Source of the DNA: Alphaproteobacteria bacterium | GTDB lineage: Bacteria > Pseudomonadota > Alphaproteobacteria > UBA9219 > RFNS01 | Length of the DNA stretch: 55,102 bases | Direction of reading: 5' to 3' | NCBI GenBank assembly: GCA_009927055.1 | Contig: RFNS01000061.1 | Coordinates: 1-55,102, forward strand | Shown here: positions 8,396 to 18,345 of the stretch, piece after piece | How positions within the stretch are numbered: the stretch's first letter is position 1 | Layout of the letters: every line of letters begins with the position of its first letter | Made by a program: the position numbers and the translations under genes | The notes under the pieces: generated by a model | What the model saw: only the letters and a program-made list of their open reading frames with translations | Told to the model about the DNA's origin: nothing | Database searches by the model: none

Positions 8396-11300
8396 ATGCT
8401 GAATGCAATCATCCAATTTTCTTTGAAGAACAGGCTTCTGGTCGTCGCGGCCTCGGCTTTGTTGATGGTCTACGGCGTGTTCGTGATCAGCAAACTGCCC
8501 GTCGACGTGTTTCCTGACTTGAACCGCCCGACCGTGACGATTTTCACCGAGGCTGAAGGTCTTGCGCCGGAAGAAGTTGAAGCCTTGGTCACTTGGCCTC
8601 TCGAAACGGCGGTCAATGGATCGACGGGGGTTGAGCGGGTGCGCTCGGCTTCCGCCATCGGTCTTTCGATTGTCTGGGTTGAGTTTGGCTGGGATACGAA
8701 TATCTATACCGCCCGTCAAATCGTGGCGGAGAAACTGCAACAGGCGCAGGAAACCCTGCCGCAGGACGTACGTCCCGTCATGGGGCCGATTTCCTCGATC
8801 ATGGGCGAGATCATGCTGGTTGGCTTGACCAGCGAGAACCCGAAGATCGGCGGCATGGATTTGCGCACGATTGCCGAGTGGGATATTCGCAACCGGATCC
8901 TTTCCATCTCCGGCATTTCGCAAGTCTCGGTGATCGGCGGTGAGCTGAAGCAGTATCAGGTGCTGGTTGATCCGTTGAAGCTTAAAAACTATGGCGTCAC
9001 GCTGCACGATGTCGAGGCCACGATTGAAGGATCGAACATCAATGCGACGGGCGGCTTCCTGTTGTCTGATTATCAGGAAAGCCTGATCCGCAACGTCGCC
9101 AGGGTCAAAACCATCGAAGATCTGGCAAAATCACCACTGCCCAAAGAAAACGGCAGCCCAACGCCACTGACTCTTGATCAAGTTGCTGATATCAAGCTCG
9201 GCGGGCCGCTCGCCAAGCGCGGGGATGCAAGCGTCAACGGTCAATCCGCCGTCATCCTCTCTATTCAAAAGCAGCCAGGCGCCGACACGATCAAACTCAC
9301 CAAGGCGGTCGAGGCGGAACTCGCCAGCATTCAAAAGACATTGCCGGAAGGCGTTAAAATCCACGGCGATATATTCAAGCAAGGAACCTTTATCGAACGG
9401 GCAATCAAGAACGTCGAAGAGGCTTTGCGCGACGGAGCAATCCTTGTAGCCATCGTTCTTTTCCTTTTTTTGCTCAACTTCCGCACCACCTTTATCACTT
9501 TGACCGCTATACCGTTGTCGTTTGTCTTGACCGCCATCGTCTTCAAGTATTTCGGGTTGAGCATCAACACCATGACCTTGGGCGGGCTGGCCGTCGCCAT
9601 CGGTGAGCTGGTTGATGATGCCATTGTCGACGTCGAAAACGTCTTCCGGCGTTTACGCGAGAACCGCCATGCCGAAAAATCGCGCAACCCTTTGCAAGTG
9701 ATCTTCGAAGCCTCCAGCGAAGTACGAAACTCCATCGTTTTCGCCACCATCATCGTGGTGCTGGTCTTTATCCCGCTCTTTGCAATGGGCGGCATCGAAG
9801 GCAAGATATTCCTACCGCTTGGCATAGCCTATATCACCTCCATCGTCGCGTCCTTGTTCGTCTCGCTGACGCTGACGCCCGCGCTTTGCTCCTACCTTTT
9901 GCCGAATATGAAGCGGATGAGCGCAGAGCATGACGGCTGGCTGATCCGTATGATCAAGGGAGGGCAAAAGCGCGTTCTGAACTTTGCTTTTCCCCATAGC
10001 CGATTAGTGCTGACCTTGGTCGCGTTGATCACGTTCGGGGTCATGGCGATGGTGCCGTTCTTCGGCAAGGAATTTTTACCCCAGTTCAACGAAGGATCGG
10101 TGACGATCAATATCCTGACGCCGCCTGGCACCAGCTTGGCCGAGTCAAACCGCATCGGCACGATTGCCGAGAACCTGATCCGTCAAGTGCCGGAAGCGTC
10201 CGAAACAGGACGCCGCACGGGCCGCGCCGAACGTGACGACCATGCGGAAGGCGTACATTCGAGCGAGATCGAAGTTGAGCTAAAGGAATCTGAACGCTCC
10301 CGTGGCGATATTCTGGCCGATATTCGTGATCGTCTGGATCAAATTCCAGGGATCGCGGTCAATATCGGGCAACCGATCTCTCACCGCATCGACCATATGA
10401 TGAGCGGTGTCCGTGCGCAGATGGCCATCAAACTTTTTGGCACCGATCTTGATGTCTTACGCGCCAAAGCAGAGGAAATCCGCCAAGCCATGAGCGAGGT
10501 CGAGGGCGTGGTCGACCTATCCGTGGAAAAACAAGTCCTGATCCCGCAGGTGCATGTACTGTTCGACCGCGAGAAGGCAGCGTCTTACGGCCTGTTGTCG
10601 GGCGAAGCGGCTGAGTATGCCGAACTTGCGATGCAAGGCAAGGCCGTGGGACAAGTTCTGGACGGGCAGCGCACCTATGATATCGTCATGCGCCTCTCGG
10701 ATGCCGCCCGTAATGATGTCGAAGCGATCAAACAAATTCCGGTCGATACGAAAGACGGCAATGTCGTACCGCTCCAGGCCATTGCGACCGTGCAGGACGC
10801 CAAGGGGCCGAATATCATCAACCGCGAGAACGCGCAACGTCGGATCGTGATACAGGCCAACGTCTCCGACCGCGATCTGGTAGGCGTGGTACAGAAGGTG
10901 CAAGCCGCCATCGACAGTAAGGTGCATCTGCCGCAAGGCTATTACGTCACCTATGGCGGTCAGTTTGAAAGTCAGGCCAGTGCCTCGCGCCTGATCGCGC
11001 TTTTGAGCCTGTTCTCCCTCGCGGGCATGTTCATGGTTCTCTATGTCCACTTCAAGAGCGCCAATCTTGCCCTGCAGGTCATGACGTCCATCCCGCTTGC
11101 CTTTATTGGCGCGGTGATCGGCGTTTGGCTGTCCGGCGGCGTGTTCTCGATTGCCACCATGGTCGGTTTTGTAACGCTGACAGGCATTGCCGCCCGCAAC
11201 GGTATCATGATGATCGCTCACTATATCCACCTGATGGAGCATGAAGGCGAGAAGTTCGATCTGGCTATGGTGTATCGCGGCACGTCCGAGCGGATCATCC

Positions 11301-11518
11301 CCGTGTTGATGACCGCGCTGACCGCCTCTCTGGCTCTCATCCCTCTGGTGATCGCCGCCGACGAGCCAGGCCGCGAATTGTTGCATCCGGTCGCCGTGGT
11401 CATCTTCTGCGGTCTATTCTCCAGTACCTTGCTTGACCTTACGGTGCGTCCGCTTGTGTTCTGGAAGTTCGGCAAAAAGCCAATCTCAACCTTGTTACCC
11501 CAAGCCATAACCCCATAA
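8396..11518 (+). CDS. Heavy-metal efflux RND permease (CzcA/CusA family)
   Basis: 1040 aa; LPVDVFPDL, GELVDDAIVDVEN, GIAARNGI, PVLMTALTA. Confidence 0.95.
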   Translation: MLNAIIQFSLKNRLLVVAASALLMVYGVFVISKLPVDVFPDLNRPTVTIFTEAEGLAPEEVEALVTWPLETAVNGSTGVERVRSASAIGLSIVWVEFGWDTNIYTARQIVAEKLQQAQETLPQDVRPVMGPISSIMGEIMLVGLTSENPKIGGMDLRTIAEWDIRNRILSISGISQVSVIGGELKQYQVLVDPLKLKNYGVTLHDVEATIEGSNINATGGFLLSDYQESLIRNVARVKTIEDLAKSPLPKENGSPTPLTLDQVADIKLGGPLAKRGDASVNGQSAVILSIQKQPGADTIKLTKAVEAELASIQKTLPEGVKIHGDIFKQGTFIERAIKNVEEALRDGAILVAIVLFLFLLNFRTTFITLTAIPLSFVLTAIVFKYFGLSINTMTLGGLAVAIGELVDDAIVDVENVFRRLRENRHAEKSRNPLQVIFEASSEVRNSIVFATIIVVLVFIPLFAMGGIEGKIFLPLGIAYITSIVASLFVSLTLTPALCSYLLPNMKRMSAEHDGWLIRMIKGGQKRVLNFAFPHSRLVLTLVALITFGVMAMVPFFGKEFLPQFNEGSVTINILTPPGTSLAESNRIGTIAENLIRQVPEASETGRRTGRAERDDHAEGVHSSEIEVELKESERSRGDILADIRDRLDQIPGIAVNIGQPISHRIDHMMSGVRAQMAIKLFGTDLDVLRAKAEEIRQAMSEVEGVVDLSVEKQVLIPQVHVLFDREKAASYGLLSGEAAEYAELAMQGKAVGQVLDGQRTYDIVMRLSDAARNDVEAIKQIPVDTKDGNVVPLQAIATVQDAKGPNIINRENAQRRIVIQANVSDRDLVGVVQKVQAAIDSKVHLPQGYYVTYGGQFESQASASRLIALLSLFSLAGMFMVLYVHFKSANLALQVMTSIPLAFIGAVIGVWLSGGVFSIATMVGFVTLTGIAARNGIMMIAHYIHLMEHEGEKFDLAMVYRGTSERIIPVLMTALTASLALIPLVIAADEPGRELLHPVAVVIFCGLFSSTLLDLTVRPLVFWKFGKKPISTLLPQAITP

Positions 11519-11529
11519 AGGAGACCATC

Positions 11530-12012
11530 ATGAAAAAACTACTACTGACCGCCGCTATCATTGCCTTGACAGGGTTACAGCCCGCTCTGGCTCATGAAGG
11601 CGAAGATCATTCAAAAACGGAACAACATGGCCAACACGAAACCTCGGCCATTCATGACGAGGCCACCCAGATAACGACCAAAGACGATGCCCTCAAAGTA
11701 ATGCGTGACGGCGTGTCGTTTATGGATGAAGCCGTAAACAAACACAAAGCTGACTTATTTGCCGGTGGAAAAGTAATGGATCAACTCCATGATGTGACGG
11801 TTCATATTGAAGAAGCGGCCAAGTTTCTTGAAAGTGACACTGCAAATATAGATCCAGCAAAGAAGGCTCGTTTGTCCAGCGCAATCAAACAACTCGTAAA
11901 AACCACAACGGACTTCCATGTCGCTACGCACGATAAGAATATCGATAAAACCTTGGTTGAACTCAAAAAAACCCAAGGCGCGTTGAAACTGGTCGAATCT
12001 GCTTTGAAATAG
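11530..12012 (+). CDS. Exported His-rich helical protein, putative metal binder
   Basis: Signal peptide then AHEGEDH...HGQHE; amphipathic helices; AAGGAG RBS. Confidence 0.7.
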   Translation: MKKLLLTAAIIALTGLQPALAHEGEDHSKTEQHGQHETSAIHDEATQITTKDDALKVMRDGVSFMDEAVNKHKADLFAGGKVMDQLHDVTVHIEEAAKFLESDTANIDPAKKARLSSAIKQLVKTTTDFHVATHDKNIDKTLVELKKTQGALKLVESALK

Positions 12013-12022
12013 GGAGGACGTT

Positions 12023-12277
12023 ATGAAGGGAATATTACTCGCTTTAGCTGCAGGAACGCTGTTTCTTGCAGGTTGCACTACGGTTCCAGCACCTTCTCTT
12101 GAAGAGCAGATGCAGGGAAAAACACAGGCAGAACGCGCGGTTTTTCTTAAAGAAAAATGCCTTGAAGAAGCCTCGTATCGTTACATGGGCAAATACCGGA
12201 GCAACAGCTCAGGTCATGTGTCCCGCATGACGGATATCTGCAATGCCATGTCGGGCGAGATGGCAAAAACCAAATAA
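12023..12277 (+). CDS. Small lipoprotein
   Basis: Lipobox LAGC; two further Cys; GGAGG RBS. Confidence 0.75.
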   Translation: MKGILLALAAGTLFLAGCTTVPAPSLEEQMQGKTQAERAVFLKEKCLEEASYRYMGKYRSNSSGHVSRMTDICNAMSGEMAKTK

Positions 12278-12292
12278 TCGAGGAGAAAACTC

Positions 12293-13174
12293 ATGAAACT
12301 ACTTCACGCATTGCTCATTACTACGATCTTGACCACAGGGGCCGCGGCCTATGCCGCAGGCGATCATGCTGGCGGTCACACTTCCAACGCTCCCGCCGCC
12401 ACAAGCATGTCTCATGATGCGATGGGGCATGGTGGCGAGAGAATGGAAGTCATGGCCGCACAAAATATGGTCAAGCTGGCGCTTGAGCCAGCCGCTCCTT
12501 TGCAGGCGGGAAAGACCACGCAAGTGACCGTAAAGCTGAATGCTGTTGCCGACGGCAAACCTCTGACGCTGGATGATCTTAAGGAAGCGCATACCAAGAA
12601 ACTGCACTTGCTGGTCGTCGATCCGACGCTGACTGATTACCATCACATTCATCCTGTGGCGGGTGAAAAGCCTGGCGAGTATGTATTCGATTTCACGCCG
12701 CTTAAAAACGATACTTATCGCGTTTGGGCGGATGTGATCCCCGTTGCCACGGACAAGCAGGAGTATGTGCAAACCGACATGGGAACGCCCGCCAAGGAAA
12801 AGGCCAGCATCGATAAGGCCACGAGCATGATGGCAACGGTGGACGGATACACCTTTACCCTGGCATTGGACGGAGAGCCGAAAGCGGGCAGCCCCGTGAT
12901 GGGCAACGTCACCGTTACCAAGGACGGTCAGCCTTTTACCGGATTGGAGCCTGTGATGGGTGCTTTCGCGCATGTGGTCGGATTCACCGAAGATTATAAT
13001 TCCGTCCTCCATGTCCACCCGATGGGCAAAGAGCCGACCAACGATGCCGAGCGTGGCGGGCCGAAGCTGGAGTTCCATATCGAGCCTGAGAAAGCGGGCT
13101 TTGTGAAGCTATTTACCCAAGTCCGTATTGGCGGGAAGGATATTTTCGCGCCGTTCGGAATAACCGTGAAATAA
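12293..13174 (+). CDS. Exported two-domain His/Met-rich metal-binding protein
   Basis: Signal peptide; duplicated H...HxHP motifs (LHLLVV..YHHIHP; AHVVG..LHVHP). Confidence 0.75.
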   Translation: MKLLHALLITTILTTGAAAYAAGDHAGGHTSNAPAATSMSHDAMGHGGERMEVMAAQNMVKLALEPAAPLQAGKTTQVTVKLNAVADGKPLTLDDLKEAHTKKLHLLVVDPTLTDYHHIHPVAGEKPGEYVFDFTPLKNDTYRVWADVIPVATDKQEYVQTDMGTPAKEKASIDKATSMMATVDGYTFTLALDGEPKAGSPVMGNVTVTKDGQPFTGLEPVMGAFAHVVGFTEDYNSVLHVHPMGKEPTNDAERGGPKLEFHIEPEKAGFVKLFTQVRIGGKDIFAPFGITVK

Positions 13175-13195
13175 CCCCCGAAAAAGGAGAATACG

Positions 13196-13702
13196 ATGAA
13201 GACGTTTTTACTGGCACTTATGATGGCCTTGACCACACTTGCTCCCGCGATGGCTGCGGATACCAGCCATGCACATGATAGCGCTTGGCTTAAACCTACC
13301 GAGGCGCAGTATGTGTGTATGATGAACAATAAGGTTTTCGATAAACCGCAAATTGCGATCGAAGTTGAAGGCAAGACCTATTACGGCTGCTGCCCGATGT
13401 GCGCGGATAAGCTGAAGAACGACGTTTCTTTGCGCACGGCAACCGATCCTGTTAGCGGGAAACCTGTCGATAAGGCCAGTGCCGTCATCGGTGCGGATAC
13501 GCATGGCATGACATACTACTTCGAGAGCAAGGAAAACTTTGATAAATTCGCCAGCGGCCCGATGCCTCCTATGGACGGCGGCATGAAAATGCACGAGATG
13601 AAGGGTGGCATGATGATGCAGGAAGAGAAAAATGGGGCGACAAAGAGCGTCGATCCAGCGCCTTCCTCCAAGAACGATGAAAATCATCAACAGCACCATT
13701 AA
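13196..13702 (+). CDS. Exported TRASH/YHS-domain protein
   Basis: VCMMNN, YYGCCPMC, TDPVSGKPVD, YYFES; Met/His-rich tail. Confidence 0.82.
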   Translation: MKTFLLALMMALTTLAPAMAADTSHAHDSAWLKPTEAQYVCMMNNKVFDKPQIAIEVEGKTYYGCCPMCADKLKNDVSLRTATDPVSGKPVDKASAVIGADTHGMTYYFESKENFDKFASGPMPPMDGGMKMHEMKGGMMMQEEKNGATKSVDPAPSSKNDENHQQHH

Positions 13703-13713
13703 GGGAGAACGTC

Positions 13714-13941
13714 ATGCACCACGATAAAGACTGCGCACACGACCACAAGGGACCGTTGTCATGGATTCTTTCATGGAAAGGCATCGCCCTGATCCTGGTT
13801 CTGGCTGGTATCAGCTACTATCTTTTGACCGTCCACTTGGCGCATCTGGCCGTGGCGTTGCCGTATCTTTTCCTGTTGGCTTGTCCGTTGATGCATATCT
13901 TCGGACATAAACATAATCACGGCGACCATAAAAAGGACTGA
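13714..13941 (+). CDS. DUF2933-like small membrane protein
   Basis: Two TM segments, LLACPLMHIFGH, His-rich ends. Confidence 0.82.
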   Translation: MHHDKDCAHDHKGPLSWILSWKGIALILVLAGISYYLLTVHLAHLAVALPYLFLLACPLMHIFGHKHNHGDHKKD

Positions 13942-13980
13942 TCGAGGCAGATATTCCGGCAAAAATAGGCTTTCGCTCTT

Positions 13981-14008
13981 CAGGGATGAGCACTTTCAAA
14001 ACGTATTA
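13981..14008 (+). promoter_or_regulatory. ECF promoter, copy 3
   Basis: CAGGGAT-N14-CGTATTA upstream of the lipoprotein at 14060. Confidence 0.7.
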
Positions 14009-14059
14009 TTAATGTGACGAATGCCTCGTCTCATTAACTCACTGAGAAAGAAGTCTATC

Positions 14060-14287
14060 ATGATGAAGAATATGTCTCTTACGTCGCTTCGTTTGGGAGG
14101 ACTGTTGGCTTTAACTACACTATTGGCCGCATGCGCTGCAACGACGACAACGGCAACGCCCCCTCAAACGCAAAAATATAATAGCCAGGAGTGCAAGCAG
14201 ATGCGTGGACGTGGCGCGATTAATCTCGACCAATACAAAAAATGCATTTACGGCCAGCCATTTGAAGTACTGGATAAAGCATCTTAG
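14060..14287 (+). CDS. Small lipoprotein
   Basis: Lipobox LAAC, Thr-rich linker, two further Cys; exact start uncertain. Confidence 0.65.
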   Translation: MMKNMSLTSLRLGGLLALTTLLAACAATTTTATPPQTQKYNSQECKQMRGRGAINLDQYKKCIYGQPFEVLDKAS

Positions 14288-14391
14288 TTGATAATTGAGG
14301 CGCGTATTTTTTAAATAAAGAGACAAGCCTGCCGATATGCTCCGACAGGCTGTTTATTTTTCTCAAGTCTTGATTACGGCACGTTTTATAC

Positions 14392-14414
14392 TATATACCC
14401 CTATAAGGTATATA
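14392..14414. promoter_or_regulatory. CsoR/RcnR-type operator
   Basis: TATATACC-N7-GGTATATA perfect inverted repeat with C-tract, just upstream of csoR. Confidence 0.78.
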
Positions 14415-14432
14415 ATTGAACGGAGAAACCAG

Positions 14433-14717
14433 ATGCCAAGTCAAAGACACCCATCGCATGAGGCGGAAATCAAACGTCTTAACCGTATCGCTGGGCAGGT
14501 CGAAGGAGTCAAGAAAATGGTCGAGGAAGGCCGTTATTGTCCCGAAATCCTCTCTCAGTTACGGGCCGTGCGCTCGGCGGTCAAGGGGATCGAAACAGAA
14601 ATCCTGCGCCGTCATTTATCGTCCTGCGTGGTGAGCGCCATGCAAGGCGGCGATAAAGCCAGCCGCATGAAATACATCGAGGAAGTCACAAATTTATTCT
14701 CAAAATTCGACGAATAA
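14433..14717 (+). CDS. csoR: CsoR/RcnR metal-sensing repressor
   Basis: RLNRIAGQVEG; Cys (GRYC), His and Cys (HLSSC) give the C-H-C copper fingerprint; GGAG RBS before ATG 14433. Confidence 0.88.
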   Translation: MPSQRHPSHEAEIKRLNRIAGQVEGVKKMVEEGRYCPEILSQLRAVRSAVKGIETEILRRHLSSCVVSAMQGGDKASRMKYIEEVTNLFSKFDE

Positions 14718-14729
14718 GGAATATCAGCC

Positions 14730-16961
14730 ATGACCGATCATTCACATCATCACGACCATAAAAAACTAGACGAAAAACCGTCGCAAGGTTCTTGCTGCGC
14801 GATGCACGGACATGATCATCAGCCGAAGAGAACTCCTGTGGCGGACGTGCCAGCGGGCAGCGTGTATATCTGCCCGATGCATCCGCAAGTTCGCCAAGCT
14901 GGCCCTGGCAATTGCCCGATCTGCGGTATGGCCTTGGAACCGGAAATGATGACGGGGGATGAAGGCCCGAACCATGAGCTGATTGATATGACGCGACGTT
15001 TTTGGATCGGTCTTATGCTTACGCTTCCGGTCTTTATGCTGGAAATGGGTGCGCATTTGACCAATCTCCACTTTGTTACAGGCGCAATGTCCAACTGGAT
15101 ACAGCTTACGCTGGCAACACCCGTCGTATTGTGGGCGGGCTGGCCGTTTTTCACGCGCGGCTGGTCGTCCATAGTATCGCGTAACCTCAACATGTTCACC
15201 CTAATCGCCATCGGCACGGGCGTGGCCTGGCTGTATAGCATCGTGGCCACGCTGATGCCGGATGTTTTTCCTGAAGCCTTCCGCCATCAGGATGGTTCCG
15301 TTCCGGTGTATTTCGAAGCCGCTGCCGTGATTACGGTGTTGGTGTTGCTGGGACAGGTTCTGGAGCTGCGCGCCCGTGAAAAAACGGGTGGTGCAATCAA
15401 GGCTCTTTTAAATTTATCGCCCAAGACTGCTCGTCGGATCAACACGGACGGATCGGAAGAGGATATCCCGCTTGGTCATGTTCACACGGGAGATCTCCTG
15501 CGCGTACGTCCAGGCGAGACGGTTCCCGTTGACGGCATCGTTGTTGAAGGTAAAAGCGCGGTGGATGAATCCATGGTCACGGGCGAATCCATGCCCGTGA
15601 TGAAGGAAAAAGACATCGCCGTGATCGGTGGAACCATGAACCAGACGGGCAGCTTTATCATGAAGGCGGAGCGTGTCGGCGGCGACACCATGCTCTCACG
15701 CATCGTGCAATTGGTCGCAGAGGCGCAGCGTAGCCGCGCGCCCATTCAACGATTGGCAGATCAGGTATCCGCATGGTTTGTGCCTGCGGTCATTCTTGTC
15801 GCCATCGTGGCCTTCGTTGCGTGGTTTGTATTTGGCCCTTCGCCAGCCTTTACTTACGGCTTAATCGCGGCGGTCAGCGTTCTGATCATTGCTTGCCCGT
15901 GCGCCCTCGGCCTTGCCACGCCCATGTCGATCATGGTGGGCGTCGGGCGCGGCGCGCAGGCTGGCGTTTTGATCAAGAACGCCGAAGCTCTGGAGCGCTT
16001 GGAAAAAATCGACACGCTTGTCGTCGACAAGACGGGAACGCTGACCGAAGGAAAGCCAAAAGTAACCCGCATCGTCGCACAAGGTATATCCGAAGATGAT
16101 CTGCTTTTGCTGGCAGCCTCTTTGGAACAGGGAAGCGAACACCCCTTGGCTCATGCCATCGTGGTGGCGGCAAAAGAAAAAGGTTTGTCTATCACTAAAG
16201 CTGACGAGTTTGACTCGCCGACCGGAAAAGGCGTAATTGGCAAAGTGTCTGGCCGCAGGGTGACGCTCGGAAATATCAAGATGATGAACGATCTGGGCGT
16301 AGATGTTTCAGCTTTGGAAGCTGAGGGCAATGATTTACGCAAGGATGGCGCAACAGTGATATTTGCGGCGGTCGACGGCAAAGCGGCGGGGCTTCTCGCC
16401 ATTGCCGATCCGATCAAGAAAACCACGCCGCAAGCGGTCAAAGAATTGCAAAAGGCTGGGATCCGCGTGGTCATGCTCACGGGCGATAATAAAACCACCG
16501 CGCAGGCCGTGGCGCGTCAGTTGGGTATCGACGAGGTCGAAGCCGAAGTATTGCCGGAAGACAAAAGCCGTATCGTCAAAAAATTGCGCGGCGAAGGCCG
16601 TGTTGTGGCTATGGCAGGAGATGGCACGAACGACGCTCCGGCTTTGGCTGCCGCCGATATCGGCATTGCCATGGGAACGGGTACGGACGTGGCCATGGAA
16701 AGCGCAGGCGTAACGCTCCTAAAAGGCGACCTCATGGGGATTGCGCGGGCGCAGAAACTCTCGAAATCCGTGATGCGAAATATCCGCCAGAACCTGTTCT
16801 TCGCCTTTATCTACAACATGGCGGGTGTTCCGGTGGCGGCGGGCGTCCTCTATCCTGTTTTCGGCGTCTTGCTCAGTCCAATCATGGCGGCAGCAGCAAT
16901 GGCGCTGAGTTCCGTGTCTGTGATTGCGAATGCACTAAGGTTAAAGACGGTAAAGCTTTGA
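14730..16961 (+). CDS. copA: Cu(I)/Ag(I) P1B-type ATPase
   Basis: [41 protein letters not shown] and MxxSS. Confidence 0.95.
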   Translation: MTDHSHHHDHKKLDEKPSQGSCCAMHGHDHQPKRTPVADVPAGSVYICPMHPQVRQAGPGNCPICGMALEPEMMTGDEGPNHELIDMTRRFWIGLMLTLPVFMLEMGAHLTNLHFVTGAMSNWIQLTLATPVVLWAGWPFFTRGWSSIVSRNLNMFTLIAIGTGVAWLYSIVATLMPDVFPEAFRHQDGSVPVYFEAAAVITVLVLLGQVLELRAREKTGGAIKALLNLSPKTARRINTDGSEEDIPLGHVHTGDLLRVRPGETVPVDGIVVEGKSAVDESMVTGESMPVMKEKDIAVIGGTMNQTGSFIMKAERVGGDTMLSRIVQLVAEAQRSRAPIQRLADQVSAWFVPAVILVAIVAFVAWFVFGPSPAFTYGLIAAVSVLIIACPCALGLATPMSIMVGVGRGAQAGVLIKNAEALERLEKIDTLVVDKTGTLTEGKPKVTRIVAQGISEDDLLLLAASLEQGSEHPLAHAIVVAAKEKGLSITKADEFDSPTGKGVIGKVSGRRVTLGNIKMMNDLGVDVSALEAEGNDLRKDGATVIFAAVDGKAAGLLAIADPIKKTTPQAVKELQKAGIRVVMLTGDNKTTAQAVARQLGIDEVEAEVLPEDKSRIVKKLRGEGRVVAMAGDGTNDAPALAAADIGIAMGTGTDVAMESAGVTLLKGDLMGIARAQKLSKSVMRNIRQNLFFAFIYNMAGVPVAAGVLYPVFGVLLSPIMAAAAMALSSVSVIANALRLKTVKL

Positions 16962-17002
16962 ACTAATTATAAAATTTTGTCTAATTGGGTACGATTTTGG
17001 GA

Positions 17003-17151
17003 TTATCCTTTCTTTCTGTCTCTTGAAAAGAAAGGAAATAGTTAAAAACCTTCTTTTTCCACCAAATATGGTGATTTCCCTTATTTAACGACTTTACAAA
17101 GAAAGTCTATTTATCTATTATTTCTTTAATCGAATCCAAAAGAAAGGATAA
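17003..17151. promoter_or_regulatory. Three inverted-repeat operators upstream of fic
   Basis: TTTCTTT-N11-AAAGAAA at 17009-17033 and 17121-17145; CTTATTT-N11-AAAGAAA at 17080-17104. Confidence 0.55.
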
Positions 17152-17157
17152 CCAGCC

Positions 17158-18345
17158 ATGTCCGGCGATAACAGCCGTCTCGGCTCTTATATACGGTGCA
17201 GCGTTGCGGGAGAGACTTATCAGGCTTTCCTGCCACCCATGCTGCCGCCACAGCCGTCTTTGAACTTGCTGGAATTGCAGGGGCTGCTGTCCAAGGCCAA
17301 TCAGGCTTTGGGCAAGCTCGATGCCGTGGCCGACATCCTGCCGGACAGTAATCTGCTCCTTTATTATTACGTACGCAAAGAGGCCGTGCTGTCGTCCCAG
17401 ATCGAGGGGACTCAATCGTCGCTCTCAGACTTGTTGCTCCATGAAAGCGGTGAAGCACCCAGCGTTCCGATTGACGATGTGGTCGAAGTTTCGTCTTACG
17501 TTGCGGCGCTTGAACATGGTTTGAAGCGTGTGCAGGAAGGCTTCCCCGTATCGTTGCGTTTGATCCGCGAAATGCACGCCATTCTTCTTTCTAAAGGGCG
17601 CGGCAGTAACAAACAGCCAGGTGAGTTTCGTACATCGCAAAACTGGATCGGCGGATCGCGCCCTGGCAATGCGGCTTTCGTGCCGCCACCGCCGGATCGG
17701 CTGATCGAATGCCTCGATGCTTTCGAGAAATATCTGCATCTGGAGGAGCGCTCCTATGCGTCGCTCGTCGATGCGGGACTGATCCACGTCCAGTTTGAAA
17801 CCATCCACCCGTTCCTCGATGGCAATGGGCGTATCGGACGTTTGCTCATCACTTTCTTCCTCATGATGATGGGCGATCTGCGGCAACCGAATTTGTATTT
17901 GAGCTTGTTCTTTAAGAATAACCGTCAGGAATATTATTCGCGCCTCAGTGCTGTCCGCACGGCGGGCGATTGGGAGGGCTGGCTGGATTTCTTTCTGCAC
18001 GGCGTAGCTGAGACTTCCAATCAGGTCGTACAGACCAGTCAGGCGATCTCCGCGCTGTTCAAATCCGACAACGATAAGATCACCACGCTGAAACGCGCTG
18101 GAATAACGGCGCGCCAAGCACACGCCCAGCTTCAAAAAGTAGCGATCTCGAACGCCATCAACATGGCTGCCGCGCTCGACGTTAGCGTTCCCACCGCGCG
18201 TCTGGCGTTGAACAACCTGAAAGAGCTGGGAATCGTGAAAGACGTCAGCGGCTCCGGCAAGGAACGCCTCTACATCTATACCGCTTTGCTCGATATTTTA
18301 GAGCAAGGCGCAGAGCCGATTGTATTAAAGGGGAATTTGGAATGA
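17158..18345 (+). CDS. Fic-domain protein with N-terminal inhibitory motif and C-terminal wHTH
   Basis: HPFLDGNGRIGR catalytic loop; SSQIEG motif; VSVPTARLALNNL HTH. Confidence 0.93.
   Translation: MSGDNSRLGSYIRCSVAGETYQAFLPPMLPPQPSLNLLELQGLLSKANQALGKLDAVADILPDSNLLLYYYVRKEAVLSSQIEGTQSSLSDLLLHESGEAPSVPIDDVVEVSSYVAALEHGLKRVQEGFPVSLRLIREMHAILLSKGRGSNKQPGEFRTSQNWIGGSRPGNAAFVPPPPDRLIECLDAFEKYLHLEERSYASLVDAGLIHVQFETIHPFLDGNGRIGRLLITFFLMMMGDLRQPNLYLSLFFKNNRQEYYSRLSAVRTAGDWEGWLDFFLHGVAETSNQVVQTSQAISALFKSDNDKITTLKRAGITARQAHAQLQKVAISNAINMAAALDVSVPTARLALNNLKELGIVKDVSGSGKERLYIYTALLDILEQGAEPIVLKGNLE

Noticed and set aside
14396-14405. ACCCCTATA shared by the CsoR operator and the palindrome at 54808
   Set aside because: Only 9 bp, different symmetry and no metal gene at the second site; likely chance.
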